NCBI GenBank assembly: GCA_944391805.1
Contig: CALXUY010000065.1
Span: 3,437 to 67,436 of the forward strand
Origin: an uncultured Clostridia bacterium
GTDB lineage: Bacteria > Bacillota > Clostridia > Oscillospirales > CAG-272
Length of the DNA: 64,000 nt
Direction: 5' to 3'
Below are positions 36,384-46,396 of this stretch, in pieces. A program made the position numbers and the translations under genes. The notes below the pieces were generated by a model, which saw nothing but the letters and a program-made list of their open reading frames with translations, ran no database searches and was not told the origin of the DNA. Positions within the stretch are counted from its first letter, which is position 1, and each line of letters opens with the position of its first letter.

Positions 36384-37787
36384 TCAACTCTTGCTGCGCA
36401 GGTAGCGCCGGATGATTCCGATCGCAACCAGTCCGACGGGAATCAGAACGATGAAGGTCACAATCCAGAAAATCAGCACGGTGTTGGTGGCCTCCAGCAG
36501 CGTGGAGGGGATGGAGGTGCTCGGGATGTTCAGGGCTTCGGTTCCGGAATCGGCCATCCAGCGGATGGTTTGCTCGGCAAAATCAAAATCCACGCCGCCC
36601 GAAAGACCGTTGGCCAGCGCATCCAGCGGCATCGCAAGCCACACCAGCCGGGTGTTTCCGGATTCGGCCGCAACGCAGAACGAAAAGCTGCCGGTCTCCG
36701 GCTCCGCGTCCTCCTCGTTTGTCACGTTATAGGCGCTGCTTGAGGTGCGCAGCAGCACCGAATGCGTCACACCGTCGGTTTCGGTGGTCTGAATGCTGTG
36801 CGCGTATGCTGCCAGAAACTCTCCGTCATAGCGGTCGAGAATGGGGTGATCGCCCTCCACCGCGTAAAACATCTGATAATTGCCGTCATAAAGCACGCTC
36901 TCCTCGGTTGGAGAGGAAAGCCCGTAAACCTGCAGCACCGATGCAAGATTGGGGGTATCCGGAGCCTGGTAGTTGGTGGTGAGCAGAACAGCGCCTCCGC
37001 CGGCGAGATAAGACGAGAGCGTTTCGGCCTCGGTTTCGGTCAGATCCGCGGCCGCATAGAGATAGAGCGCTTCGCAATCGGCGGGAACGGTGTTGAGATT
37101 GGAGAGCGCCTGCACTGTATAGCCTGCCTGCTCGAGCTGCTGGCGCAGAAGCTGGTTCATATCGCCCGATCCCCCTGCCGTGTAAACGCACACCATCGGC
37201 GTATACTCGGCCAGCACATAGCGGATGGCGCCGGTCAGATTGGCGTCGCCCGAGAAGTAAGCCGAGAGCGTGGAGGAATTGTAGAGCGTGAGCAGAGATT
37301 CGGAAATGCTTTCGTCGGTAGTGGTGGAGATCAACTGAAGAATGGCGGCATATTCGATGGATGAGAGCGCCTCGCCGGTCATCGTATTCAGAAAATAGTA
37401 GAGATTGATGGCGTGCAGCGTCCGGCTCCGACGGTCCGAACGGATCTCAATGCTTTGGTCGGCAGCCTGCGCCTCTTCCGCGTCAGCCAGTGTCACCCGG
37501 ATGTGCGGGCTGGCTTCGGCAAACTGCAGGAGGAACGGGTAAAGATCGCGGTCGGCCCCGGCTGTTCCGCCGGTGGCATAGTAGATGATCTCCACGTCCT
37601 CATCCACGGTGGAAAGGTAGCGCCGGGTGGCGTCCGAAAGCCGGTAGGTGGTGCTGCCCGAAACGTCCGGATATTTGGCCCGGAAGGGAAGAAACCCAAC
37701 CGCGACATTGATCAGCACCAGAATCAGAACCAGCGCGGTACATTTCAGAAAGCGCCGGCTTTTGATCATGTTCAGAATCCGCTTCAT
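36384..37787 (-). CDS. GldG-like ABC auxiliary membrane protein
   Basis: N- and C-terminal TM helices, DVSGSTTYRLS..T..YL, DLTETE..LSSYLAGGG; follows a GldA/GldF-like pair. Confidence 0.75.
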   Translation of the reverse strand: MKRILNMIKSRRFLKCTALVLILVLINVAVGFLPFRAKYPDVSGSTTYRLSDATRRYLSTVDEDVEIIYYATGGTAGADRDLYPFLLQFAEASPHIRVTLADAEEAQAADQSIEIRSDRRSRTLHAINLYYFLNTMTGEALSSIEYAAILQLISTTTDESISESLLTLYNSSTLSAYFSGDANLTGAIRYVLAEYTPMVCVYTAGGSGDMNQLLRQQLEQAGYTVQALSNLNTVPADCEALYLYAAADLTETEAETLSSYLAGGGAVLLTTNYQAPDTPNLASVLQVYGLSSPTEESVLYDGNYQMFYAVEGDHPILDRYDGEFLAAYAHSIQTTETDGVTHSVLLRTSSSAYNVTNEEDAEPETGSFSFCVAAESGNTRLVWLAMPLDALANGLSGGVDFDFAEQTIRWMADSGTEALNIPSTSIPSTLLEATNTVLIFWIVTFIVLIPVGLVAIGIIRRYLRSKS

Positions 37788-38662
37788 TTGCCCTTTCCCT
37801 CCTTGCGAACCGGTTTTGTTTGCAATTGAACGGTGAGAAAGACAAACAGCACGGCGATACTCAGGTAGTACACCCCGGTCGGAACATCAAAATGCCCGAT
37901 TGTAAAGCCATTGAGCAGGCTGACCAGGGAGCAGAAATCGAGCACAGCAGGCAGAAAATCGCTGTAAAAAACAGGGAGCAGGAAGTAGAGCAGCGTGAAC
38001 AGAACCAGCGGAATGCCCGCGGCCAGTACGCCGGGCAGCACCCGCCGGTAGCGGATGACCAGCCAGGCGCCGATTCCGGCGCAGATCAACCCGCAGACGA
38101 GGTACCCGATCCATGCGCGCCACACAAACAGGCTTGCCAGCACCGGTGCAAAATAAATGACGGCGCAGATCAGAATGCCTACGATGACCGAAACAATCCG
38201 GTTGTGCAGACAGGAGGCTGCAAACGCGCAGATCGCCAGCAGCGCGCTTCCCATCAGCACGTAGCCGGCCAGGGTGCAGTAGGCACTGCCGTAGGAGATA
38301 TTCCCGAGGTTATCCAGCAGGGGAGGAAACACGGCGAGCAGAGCGGTTGGGAGCAAAAACAGCAGAAGCATGGCGAAATATTTGCCCAGAATCAGGCCGG
38401 TACGCCGGACAGGCAGGCTGCGGAGCCAGAGCTCGTTTTGCTCTGCGCGTTCCTTGGTAAAGGTTTGGGAGGCAAGAAAAGGGAGCAGCACAATCAGCAC
38501 CTCGGGCAGCGTGGCAAAGATGGCAGAGAAATCGGTGGATCCGGACAGAATGTTCACTGCCGTGGAGAGCACTCCGCCGGCCAGCACCAGCACGGCAATA
38601 AAAATCCAGCCGAACATGCCGGTGAAATAATCGCGGAATTCACGCTTGAAAATCGCAGTCAT
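37784..38662 (-). CDS. ABC-2 permease (GldF-like)
   Basis: MTAIFKREFRDYF, LILGKYFA, FTIGHFD..YYLS. Confidence 0.85.
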   Translation of the reverse strand: MTAIFKREFRDYFTGMFGWIFIAVLVLAGGVLSTAVNILSGSTDFSAIFATLPEVLIVLLPFLASQTFTKERAEQNELWLRSLPVRRTGLILGKYFAMLLLFLLPTALLAVFPPLLDNLGNISYGSAYCTLAGYVLMGSALLAICAFAASCLHNRIVSVIVGILICAVIYFAPVLASLFVWRAWIGYLVCGLICAGIGAWLVIRYRRVLPGVLAAGIPLVLFTLLYFLLPVFYSDFLPAVLDFCSLVSLLNGFTIGHFDVPTGVYYLSIAVLFVFLTVQLQTKPVRKEGKGK

Positions 38663-39627
38663 TCGGTATCCTCCTTTCTGTTGCAGGCAGGGAAGGCGGA
38701 ACGCGCCATTCCGGCCGCGGATCTGCGCAGCGCCCGCTCGGCCTCTCCCGGTTCTTCTTCACTGATTTCGGAGACTGCAAAGCCTGCTTCCCGCAGTGCC
38801 TGCGCAATCGCGTCGCACAGGCCGGTGTGCCCGGCACGCAGCCGGAAGACCAGCTCGTCTTGATTTTCCGCTACCGGTCTGCAAGAGAGAATGTCGCCTG
38901 TCGCGGCGAGAGCCTGCTGCACGCCGGTGCGGTCCCCCTGCACCCGAAGCAAAAGGTTCACGCCCTGCAGCAGCTCGGCTGCCGGCGTCGGCGCGCTCAG
39001 TCTGCCGTCCTCCAATAAAAAAATGTCCTCGCACAGCTCCAGAATTTCCGAGGGAACCGAGGAGGCAAGGAAAACCGTTTTCCCACTCCCGGCAATTTCC
39101 CGGATCAGGCCGCGCAGCTCGCGTGCTTCGGTGGTGGAAAGCCCTTCGGTGGGGGAATCCAGCAGCAGAATCTCCGGATTTCCGATCAGGGCCTGCGCCA
39201 CGCCCAGCCGCCGCCGCTCGGCGTTGCTCAGGCGGGAGATCGGGCGGTTGCGCAGCTCGTTCATTCCGGTGAACTCCAGGGTTTCGTGCACGTGGAGAAA
39301 CCGGCGACTGTCCTGTACGCCGCGCGCGGATGCGATAAAATCCAGCAGCTCATACGGTGTCATGGCCTTGTAAAAGCCGATTGCCTGCGGCAGATATCCG
39401 ATGCATCTCCGGGCGGATACCGGCTCCTGCCGCATATCAAAGCCGTTGATGCGGATGCTGCCCGACTGCGGCGGAAGCCCGCCCGAGATCAGGGCGAGCA
39501 GTGTGCTCTTCCCGGAGCCGCTGCCGCCGTAAATTCCGTATCGCCTGCCGTTGTTGACCTTGAACGACACCCGGTCCAGCACCGGACAGCCTTTGTAAGC
39601 ATAGGAGAGATTGCTGATTTCAATCAA
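38659..39627 (-). CDS. ABC ATP-binding protein (GldA-like) with degenerate catalytic motifs
   Basis: GGSGSGKST, IGYLPQ, LSNAERRR, LLLDSPT; TTG start after GGAGGA. Confidence 0.85.
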   Translation of the reverse strand: MIEISNLSYAYKGCPVLDRVSFKVNNGRRYGIYGGSGSGKSTLLALISGGLPPQSGSIRINGFDMRQEPVSARRCIGYLPQAIGFYKAMTPYELLDFIASARGVQDSRRFLHVHETLEFTGMNELRNRPISRLSNAERRRLGVAQALIGNPEILLLDSPTEGLSTTEARELRGLIREIAGSGKTVFLASSVPSEILELCEDIFLLEDGRLSAPTPAAELLQGVNLLLRVQGDRTGVQQALAATGDILSCRPVAENQDELVFRLRAGHTGLCDAIAQALREAGFAVSEISEEEPGEAERALRRSAAGMARSAFPACNRKEDTE

Positions 39628-39670
39628 TTCCGGTTCCTCCGTTTTTCCCATTCTGTGGATATTACTAATT

Positions 39671-39699
39671 ATTATAATAAAATCCTGTCCTTCTGTCAA
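39671..39699 (-). promoter_or_regulatory. Sigma-A promoter of the Gld-like operon
   Basis: TTGACA-17 bp-TATAAT on the minus strand. Confidence 0.8.
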
Positions 39700-39901
39700 G
39701 GTGTTTTTTGGGGAATGTTTGTGAACAATTGCTACAGACACGGGTATAGAGCCATCACAAATGGGAAATCATAGGAAAGGAGGCGCAGCCTGCTTTTCAG
39801 GAGAAAGTGCGTTGTTCGCCGGAAAATGCCGGCATTAGCCGGACTTCGACGGCAGTGGCGCACGGCCACCTGAAAAATGAAACAAAAGCATGCAATATTC
39901 C

Positions 39902-39943
39902 GTCAATGTGTACATTGACAACGCGGTTGATTTGTGCTATACT
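39902..39943 (+). promoter_or_regulatory. Sigma-A promoter upstream of glgB with palindrome over the -35
   Basis: TTGACA (39915)-17 bp-TATACT with TG extension; inverted repeat GTCAATGT-GT-ACATTGAC at 39902-39919. Confidence 0.6.
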
Positions 39944-40250
39944 TTCAATATATCATAGAATATTTGAGTATAATGCACAAAATCGAAGGAAAAATTTGTA
40001 CAAATGAAAATGAACGCACCTTTCAGATTTCCGGACGCACCACCCGGTTTTTTCCTGTTTTCCGGAGGAGTTGGGACTTTGTGATGATCTGCAAGGAGCG
40101 CATTCGTGAATATTGCTGTTTTTTATGTGCGTTTCTACGAAAATGCCGGAATGGTATTTTATATTTTTATGTTATATGGTATAATCAATTTAGAAATTCA
40201 TGGAAACAGATGAAGAAAAAGGCGGGAAACCCGCGGAGGGGAGCAGCAAC

Positions 40251-42191
40251 ATGCCGGGATTGCGAAACCATCAGGATGAGTTGGCGGCGTATTATTTTCA
40301 CCAAGGCACGAGTGAGCAGGCGTTTGACTACCTTGGGGCGCACCGGGACGGTCCGGAAACCGTGTTCCGGGTCTGGGCGCCCAATGCCGACGAGGTCTCG
40401 CTGTGCGGAGATTTCAACGGATGGGACCCTTCGGAAAATCCCATGGAGCGTGTGACGCCGGGAGGCGTTTGGGAAACCAGCGTGGACAATACGCTGATTC
40501 CGGAGGGGATGCTGTATAAGTATTTTCTGCGCAACGGGGACCGGGAGTTTTACAAGGCCGATCCCTACGGCTTCCGGATGCAGTGCCCGCCCGAGACCGC
40601 GTCTGTTTTCACCGAGCTGGAGGGCTACGGCTGGCGGGACGGCGGATGGCTCCGCTACCGCCGCCGGCACTATACGCGGGAGCAGGTGATGGGGCAGGCG
40701 CTCAATATCTACGAGCTGCACCTCGGTTCCTGGAAGCGGCATGACGACGGCAGCTATCTGAGCTACGCCGAGCTGGCGCGGGAGCTGGCTCCCTACGTCA
40801 AGCAGATGGGATATACCCATGTGGAGCTGATGCCGGTGAGCGAATATCCCTATGACGGCTCCTGGGGATATCAGGTCTGCGGCTACTATGCCCCCACTGC
40901 CCGCTACGGCTCGCCAAAGGATTTTATGGCCTTTGTGGACGCCATGCACGAGGCAGGTGTCGGTGTGATTCTCGATTGGGTGCCGGCGCATTTCCCAAAG
41001 GATGCGCACGGACTGTATGAGTTTGACGGGCAGCCCCTGTATGAATATCAGGGCGCCGACCGCATGGAGCACCGCAGCTGGGGCACCCGCCGCTTTGACG
41101 TGGGGCGGGAGGAGGTGCAGAGCTTTCTCATTTCAAACGCCGTATTCTGGGCCGAAAAGTACCACATCGACGGCCTGCGGGTGGATGCGGTGGCCTCCAT
41201 GCTCTATCTCGATTACGACCGGGCGCCGGGGGATTGGGTGCCCAATGTGTACGGCGACAACCGCTGCCTGGAGGCCATTGCCTTTTTCCGCAAGCTCAAC
41301 GGCTGCATGGCCGAAAAATTCCCGGATGTGATGACCATTGCCGAGGAATCCACCGCATGGTCGAATGTGACCGGCTTTGAGAACGAGGGGCTCGGTTTTA
41401 CGCTCAAATGGAACATGGGCTGGATGAACGACACGCTGGCCTATGCCGCGGAGGATCCGCTCTGGCGCAGGGATCATCACAACCGCATGACCTTTTCGAT
41501 CGCTTATGCCTTTTCCGAGCGCTATGTGCTGCCGATCTCGCACGACGAGGTGGTGCACGGCAAGCGGTCCTTTCTGGATCGTATGCCCGGGGCCTACGAG
41601 CAGAAGTTTGCGGGAGCGCGGGTGTTTCTGGCCTATCAGATGACCCATCCCGGCAAAAAGCTGCTGTTTATGAGCAGCGAGATCGGGCAGTTCCGGGAAT
41701 GGGACTATGCCGGGCAGGTCGAGTGGTTTCTGCTGGACTATGAGATGCACGCCAAATTCCAGTATTATGTGGCAAAGCTCAACCGCTTTTATCTCGAGCA
41801 TCCGGCGCTGTGGGAGAAGGACGACGCATGGATTGACGGGTTTGAATGGATCGATGCGGACAACCGCGGGCAGAGCATTCTCTCCTACCGCCGCAAGGAT
41901 GCGAAGGGAAGCGAGCTGATTGTGCTGCTGAACTTTCTGCCGGTGCGCAGGGAATCCTTTCTGCTCGCGGTTCCGTTTGAGGGTACCTATGAGGAGGTGT
42001 TCAACTCGGATGCGGAGGAGTTCGGCGGCAGCGGAGCGGTGAATTCCGGTACCCGGAAGACCGAGCCCTGTCTGCTCCGGGGCTACGGCACCGCCATCCG
42101 CATCACGGTGCCCCCGCTTGGGGCAGCCGTCTTCCGCTGTGTCCGCCGGGCGCCCGGCCGCAGGCCGAAGGCGGAGGACGTGCCGCGCTGA
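40251..42191 (+). CDS. glgB: 1,4-alpha-glucan branching enzyme
   Basis: FRVWAPNA, IYELHLGSW, DWVPAHF, GLRVDAVASMLY, AEEST, SHDEVVHGK. Confidence 0.96.
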   Translation: MPGLRNHQDELAAYYFHQGTSEQAFDYLGAHRDGPETVFRVWAPNADEVSLCGDFNGWDPSENPMERVTPGGVWETSVDNTLIPEGMLYKYFLRNGDREFYKADPYGFRMQCPPETASVFTELEGYGWRDGGWLRYRRRHYTREQVMGQALNIYELHLGSWKRHDDGSYLSYAELARELAPYVKQMGYTHVELMPVSEYPYDGSWGYQVCGYYAPTARYGSPKDFMAFVDAMHEAGVGVILDWVPAHFPKDAHGLYEFDGQPLYEYQGADRMEHRSWGTRRFDVGREEVQSFLISNAVFWAEKYHIDGLRVDAVASMLYLDYDRAPGDWVPNVYGDNRCLEAIAFFRKLNGCMAEKFPDVMTIAEESTAWSNVTGFENEGLGFTLKWNMGWMNDTLAYAAEDPLWRRDHHNRMTFSIAYAFSERYVLPISHDEVVHGKRSFLDRMPGAYEQKFAGARVFLAYQMTHPGKKLLFMSSEIGQFREWDYAGQVEWFLLDYEMHAKFQYYVAKLNRFYLEHPALWEKDDAWIDGFEWIDADNRGQSILSYRRKDAKGSELIVLLNFLPVRRESFLLAVPFEGTYEEVFNSDAEEFGGSGAVNSGTRKTEPCLLRGYGTAIRITVPPLGAAVFRCVRRAPGRRPKAEDVPR

Positions 42192-42286
42192 TGCTTCTCC
42201 CGGCTCCGTCAGCAAGCGCAGACGGGCTGCCGGAAGCCGTTCTGGTTAATGTTGCTTTTGTCGATTTTCGCTCCGCAAAGGGGCAA

Positions 42287-42315
42287 TTCATAGTTTCCTC
42301 TGCATTCCAATATTT
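42287..42315 (+). promoter_or_regulatory. Possible sigma-E-type promoter before glgC
   Basis: TCATA-16 bp-AATATTT resembles ATA-N16-18-CATAcanT; weak match. Confidence 0.25.
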
Positions 42316-42335
42316 CATCGGAGGTTTTTGATGCC

Positions 42336-43517
42336 ATGATCAAGAAAAAAGAATGCGTCGCCATGCTGCTGGCCGGTGGGCAGGGCAGCAGGCTGTATGC
42401 ATTGACGCAAAAGACCGCAAAGCCGTCTGTTTCATTCGGCGGGAAGTACCGCATCATCGACTTTACCCTCTCCAACTGCATCAATTCGGGGTTGGATACG
42501 GTTGGCGTGCTCACGCAGTATCAGCCGCTGCTGCTCAACGATTATATCGGCAACGGCTTGCCATGGGATCTTGACCGCACCTTCGGCGGCGTCAAGATTC
42601 TGCCGCCCTATCAGGGCAAGGACGGCGCCGACTGGTACCGGGGCACCGCCAATGCCATCTGGCAGAATATGAACTTCATTGACCGCTACGGGGCCGAATA
42701 TGTGCTGGTGCTCTCGGGCGATCACATCTATAAAATGGACTATGCCGAAATGCTCGCATACCACAAGCAGCGGGGGGCCGACTGTACGATTGCGGTGATT
42801 GAGGTTCCGCTGGAGGAGGCGAGCCGGTTCGGTATTATGAGCACGCGGGAGGACGGCACCATTTACCGGTTTACCGAAAAGCCCAAGCAGCCGGATTCCA
42901 CCAAGGCGTCGATGGGAATTTATATCTTCAACCGGGATAAGCTGGAGCGCTATCTGCGTGCCGACAGTCAGGACCCCGCCTCCTCCAACGATTTCGGCAA
43001 GAATGTGATTCCCGCCATGCTTGCCGGGGGAGAGACGATGCTGGCCTATCCGTTCCACGGATACTGGAAGGATGTTGGCACCATCGATTCGCTCTGGGAG
43101 GCGAATATGGATCTGTTGGGGGAGCACCCGGCGCTGGTGCTGTCGGATGAGAGCTGGCGCATTTACAGCCGCCATGAGTCGGCGCCCCCGCAGTTTGTGG
43201 GAAAGGACGCGGCGGTGAGCAACTGCTCGGTCACGGCGGGCTGCGAGCTGTACGGCAGCGTGCGCAACAGCGTGCTCGGCAGCAATGTGCGCGTAATGCC
43301 GGGGGCCGTGGTGGAGGACAGCGTTCTGATGAGCGACGTGACGGTGGAGAGCGGCGCCTCGGTGCGCTATTCCATTCTCGATTCCGGCGTGACGGTCGGA
43401 GCGGGCGCCACGGTTGGTGAAGCGCGCGGAACCGCCTCCGGCATCGCGGTGGTGGGAGCAAATTACCGGATTCCGGTCGGCGAGACGGTGGCGGCCGGGG
43501 CCATGATATACGGCTGA
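42336..43517 (+). CDS. glgC: Glucose-1-phosphate adenylyltransferase
   Basis: [44 protein letters not shown]. Confidence 0.97.
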   Translation: MIKKKECVAMLLAGGQGSRLYALTQKTAKPSVSFGGKYRIIDFTLSNCINSGLDTVGVLTQYQPLLLNDYIGNGLPWDLDRTFGGVKILPPYQGKDGADWYRGTANAIWQNMNFIDRYGAEYVLVLSGDHIYKMDYAEMLAYHKQRGADCTIAVIEVPLEEASRFGIMSTREDGTIYRFTEKPKQPDSTKASMGIYIFNRDKLERYLRADSQDPASSNDFGKNVIPAMLAGGETMLAYPFHGYWKDVGTIDSLWEANMDLLGEHPALVLSDESWRIYSRHESAPPQFVGKDAAVSNCSVTAGCELYGSVRNSVLGSNVRVMPGAVVEDSVLMSDVTVESGASVRYSILDSGVTVGAGATVGEARGTASGIAVVGANYRIPVGETVAAGAMIYG

Positions 43518-43538
43518 CGGCAGAGGAGGGAGCAACAC

Positions 43539-44672
43539 ATGAATGTAGCCGGTTTGATTTTTTCCAATATTCACGACCAGAGCATCCCGGAGCTGACCCG
43601 CATCCGCACGATGGCCAGCATTCCCTTCGGCTGCCGCTATCGGCTGATCGATTTTCCTCTTTCCAATATGGTCAACTCGGATATCACAACGGTGGGCATC
43701 ATCACCCACAACAATTACCAGTCGCTGATGGACCACATCGGCACCGGCAAGGACTGGGACCTTGCCCGCCGTTCGGGCGGCATCAAGCTGCTGCCCCCGT
43801 ATGTGGCGGCATATGAGAACACGGTAGCCGGCCGACTCTATTCCAGCCGGCTCGAGGCGCTCATCGGGGCGGAGAACTTTGTGCACCGCTGCCAGGCGGA
43901 TTATCTGGTGCTCTCGGACTGCGACGTGATTCTCAATATCGATCTGCGGCAGGTCATCGAGGAGCATATCCGTTCCGGCGCCTTCCTGACCGTGGTGACC
44001 AAGCAGCTTGGCTCTGTGGCGCACGGCTTTGACAGCCCCGTGGACGTGGTCCGCGTCGGTGAGGACGGCGACATTGAGGAGATCACCCGCGTCCGTTCCC
44101 AGAGAGGGGCGTGTGAGGTCAGCACCAACGTCATGGTGGTGCGCAGAAGTGATCTGCTCGCCATCATCTCGGAGTCACTCTCCCACGGATACACCAGCTT
44201 TTCGGGGGACGTCATCGGCCGGAACCTCGGCAGACAGCGCATCCGCGCCTACCGCTACACCGGCTGGTACGCGCACATCGATTCGCTTCCGTCCTATTTC
44301 GCGTGCTCGATGGAGCTGCTTACGCCGGAGGCCAGGGCAGGGCTGTTCCAGATTGCCGACCGGCAGATCTACACCAAAATCCGCAACAGCCCGCCCACAA
44401 AGTACGCCGAGGACGCGGTGGTGAAAAACAGCCTTGTGGCCGACGGCTGTATGATCGAGGGGCAGGTGGAAAATTCCATCCTGTTCCGCGGTGTGCGGAT
44501 CGGCCGCGGGAGCGTGGTGCGCAACTGCATTCTGCTGCAGGACACCTTTGTGGGCAGCGATGTGCAGCTGGGCTGCGTCATCACCGATAAAAATGTGGTA
44601 ATCAAGGACGGAAGAACCCTCTCGGGGCATGAGAGTATGCCGTTCTTCATCGGAAAAGGATTGATGGTATGA
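43539..44672 (+). CDS. glgD: Glucose-1-phosphate adenylyltransferase regulatory subunit
   Basis: ELTRIRTMASIPFGCRYRLIDF, GKDWDLAR, C-terminal left-handed beta-helix. Confidence 0.93.
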   Translation: MNVAGLIFSNIHDQSIPELTRIRTMASIPFGCRYRLIDFPLSNMVNSDITTVGIITHNNYQSLMDHIGTGKDWDLARRSGGIKLLPPYVAAYENTVAGRLYSSRLEALIGAENFVHRCQADYLVLSDCDVILNIDLRQVIEEHIRSGAFLTVVTKQLGSVAHGFDSPVDVVRVGEDGDIEEITRVRSQRGACEVSTNVMVVRRSDLLAIISESLSHGYTSFSGDVIGRNLGRQRIRAYRYTGWYAHIDSLPSYFACSMELLTPEARAGLFQIADRQIYTKIRNSPPTKYAEDAVVKNSLVADGCMIEGQVENSILFRGVRIGRGSVVRNCILLQDTFVGSDVQLGCVITDKNVVIKDGRTLSGHESMPFFIGKGLMV

Positions 44673-46291
44673 AGCTGAACAAGGATACAAGCAAAACGGC
44701 CGTGCCGGAGGCAGGGAAGGCTGCCAGGCAGACCGCCGGACGACCGGCTGCAAAGCCTGCGAAGAACACGGCCGCGCCGAATTCCAAAAAAACGGCGGGG
44801 AATCCCGGAAAGCCGGCCGAAAAAGCGGCCGTGCCGGATACAAAAGCGCCGGTCGGGCCGAAAATTCTGTTTGTCGGCTCGGAGGTGCTGCCCTTTGCCG
44901 CCACGGGGGGACTCGGCGACGTGCTCGGCTCACTGCCGGCGGCGCTCGCACAGGACGGTGCGGAGGTGCGTGTGGTGATGCCGCTCTACAGCAGCATCCC
45001 GGAGGAATGGCGGAGGCAGATGAAGCAGGAGGCGGTTTCCACGGTCCGGCTGTCCTGGCGGCGGCAGTACTGCGGCATCCTCAGCCTGCAAAAGGATGGG
45101 GTCACTTATTATTTCATCGACAATGAGTATTATTTCCGCCGTCCCGCCCTGTACGGGCAGTATGACGACGGGGAGCGCTATGCCTTTTTCTGCATGGCGG
45201 TTATGGAGCTGATGCGGCTGGTGGACTACTACCCCGACATTCTGCACGCGCATGACTGGCAGGCTGCCCTCTCGGTGGTCTATCTCAACTGCCTCTGGCG
45301 CGGCTGTCCGGGCTATGGGAACATCCGCACGGTGTTTACGATTCACAACATCGAGTATCAGGGGCAGTACGATTTTGCCATTCTGGGCGACGTGTTCGCG
45401 CTCGGGGAAAACGAGCACAGCCTGATGGAATACAACGGGTGTATCAATTTGATGAAGGCTGCCATCGAGTGCGCCGACCGGGTGACAACCGTCAGCCCCC
45501 GCTATGCGCAGGAGCTGCTCACCGACGAGTATTCCCACGGCCTGCGCAGCGCGCTGGAGCGCAATGCGGGCAAGCTCCGGGGCATTCTCAACGGCATCGA
45601 TTACGATTATTACAACCCCGCCAATTCCGAAGAATTGGCAGCCCCGTATTCTTGGGATCATCCCGAGGGGAAATCCGAAAACCGGGCGGCGCTGCGCCGG
45701 GCGGTCGGGCTGCCCGAGCGGGAGGAGGCGCCGCTGCTGGCCGTTGTCTCGCGTCTGGCCTCGCACAAGGGGCTGGATCTGATTGCCGAGTGTATCGGCG
45801 ACATCGTGACCGGGCAGGACGCGCAGCTCGTGGTACTGGGGCGGGGAGAGGAGCGGTACGAGCGCTTTTTCGCCGAGCTGGAGCGCCGGTACCCCGACCG
45901 GGTGCGGGCCATGCTGACCTACGACCGCGCGCTCTCCAAGCGCATTTATGCGGCGGCGGATATTTTCCTGATGCCCTCCCGCTCCGAGCCGTGCGGACTC
46001 TCCCAGATGATTGCCTCCCGCTACGGCGCGATTCCGGTCGTGCGGGAGACCGGCGGGCTGTACGATTCCATCAAGCCCTTCTGGATGGACGGGGAGCAGA
46101 TGCACGGCAATGGCTTTACCTTTGCCAATTATTCCTTTACCGAGCTGCGGGAGCGCACCGAGGCGGCCATTGCCCTGTGGCGGGATCCCGCTCTGCGGCA
46201 GAGGCTGGTCAGGCGCATCATGCAGACCGATTTCTCCTGGAGCATGTCGGCCGGGAGGTATCGGGCGCTTTATCAGGAGCTGTCCTTCTGA
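44669..46291 (+). CDS. glgA: Glycogen synthase
   Basis: SEVLPFAATGGLGDV, HAHDW, TIHN, MPSRSEPCGL, TGGL; ~62-aa K/A/P-rich N-terminal extension. Confidence 0.95.
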   Translation: MKLNKDTSKTAVPEAGKAARQTAGRPAAKPAKNTAAPNSKKTAGNPGKPAEKAAVPDTKAPVGPKILFVGSEVLPFAATGGLGDVLGSLPAALAQDGAEVRVVMPLYSSIPEEWRRQMKQEAVSTVRLSWRRQYCGILSLQKDGVTYYFIDNEYYFRRPALYGQYDDGERYAFFCMAVMELMRLVDYYPDILHAHDWQAALSVVYLNCLWRGCPGYGNIRTVFTIHNIEYQGQYDFAILGDVFALGENEHSLMEYNGCINLMKAAIECADRVTTVSPRYAQELLTDEYSHGLRSALERNAGKLRGILNGIDYDYYNPANSEELAAPYSWDHPEGKSENRAALRRAVGLPEREEAPLLAVVSRLASHKGLDLIAECIGDIVTGQDAQLVVLGRGEERYERFFAELERRYPDRVRAMLTYDRALSKRIYAAADIFLMPSRSEPCGLSQMIASRYGAIPVVRETGGLYDSIKPFWMDGEQMHGNGFTFANYSFTELRERTEAAIALWRDPALRQRLVRRIMQTDFSWSMSAGRYRALYQELSF

Positions 46292-46311
46292 AGCAGTACG
46301 GAAGCAGCATC

Positions 46312-46350
46312 GCAGCACCGCGGCATTCCGATTGTGCGGTGCTGCCTCAA
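46312..46350. repeat. Collapsed MITE remnant (two TIRs abutting, forms a hairpin)
   Basis: GCAGCACCGCGGCATTC-CG-ATTGTGCGGTGCTGCCTCAA; the right half matches the copy-1 end ATTGTGCGGTGTTGCCTTAA at 18 of 20 positions. Confidence 0.6.
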
Positions 46351-46396
46351 TTTCAAAGAAAGGCTGCCCCCGCCCGGCGGGGGCAAAGAACACAAG

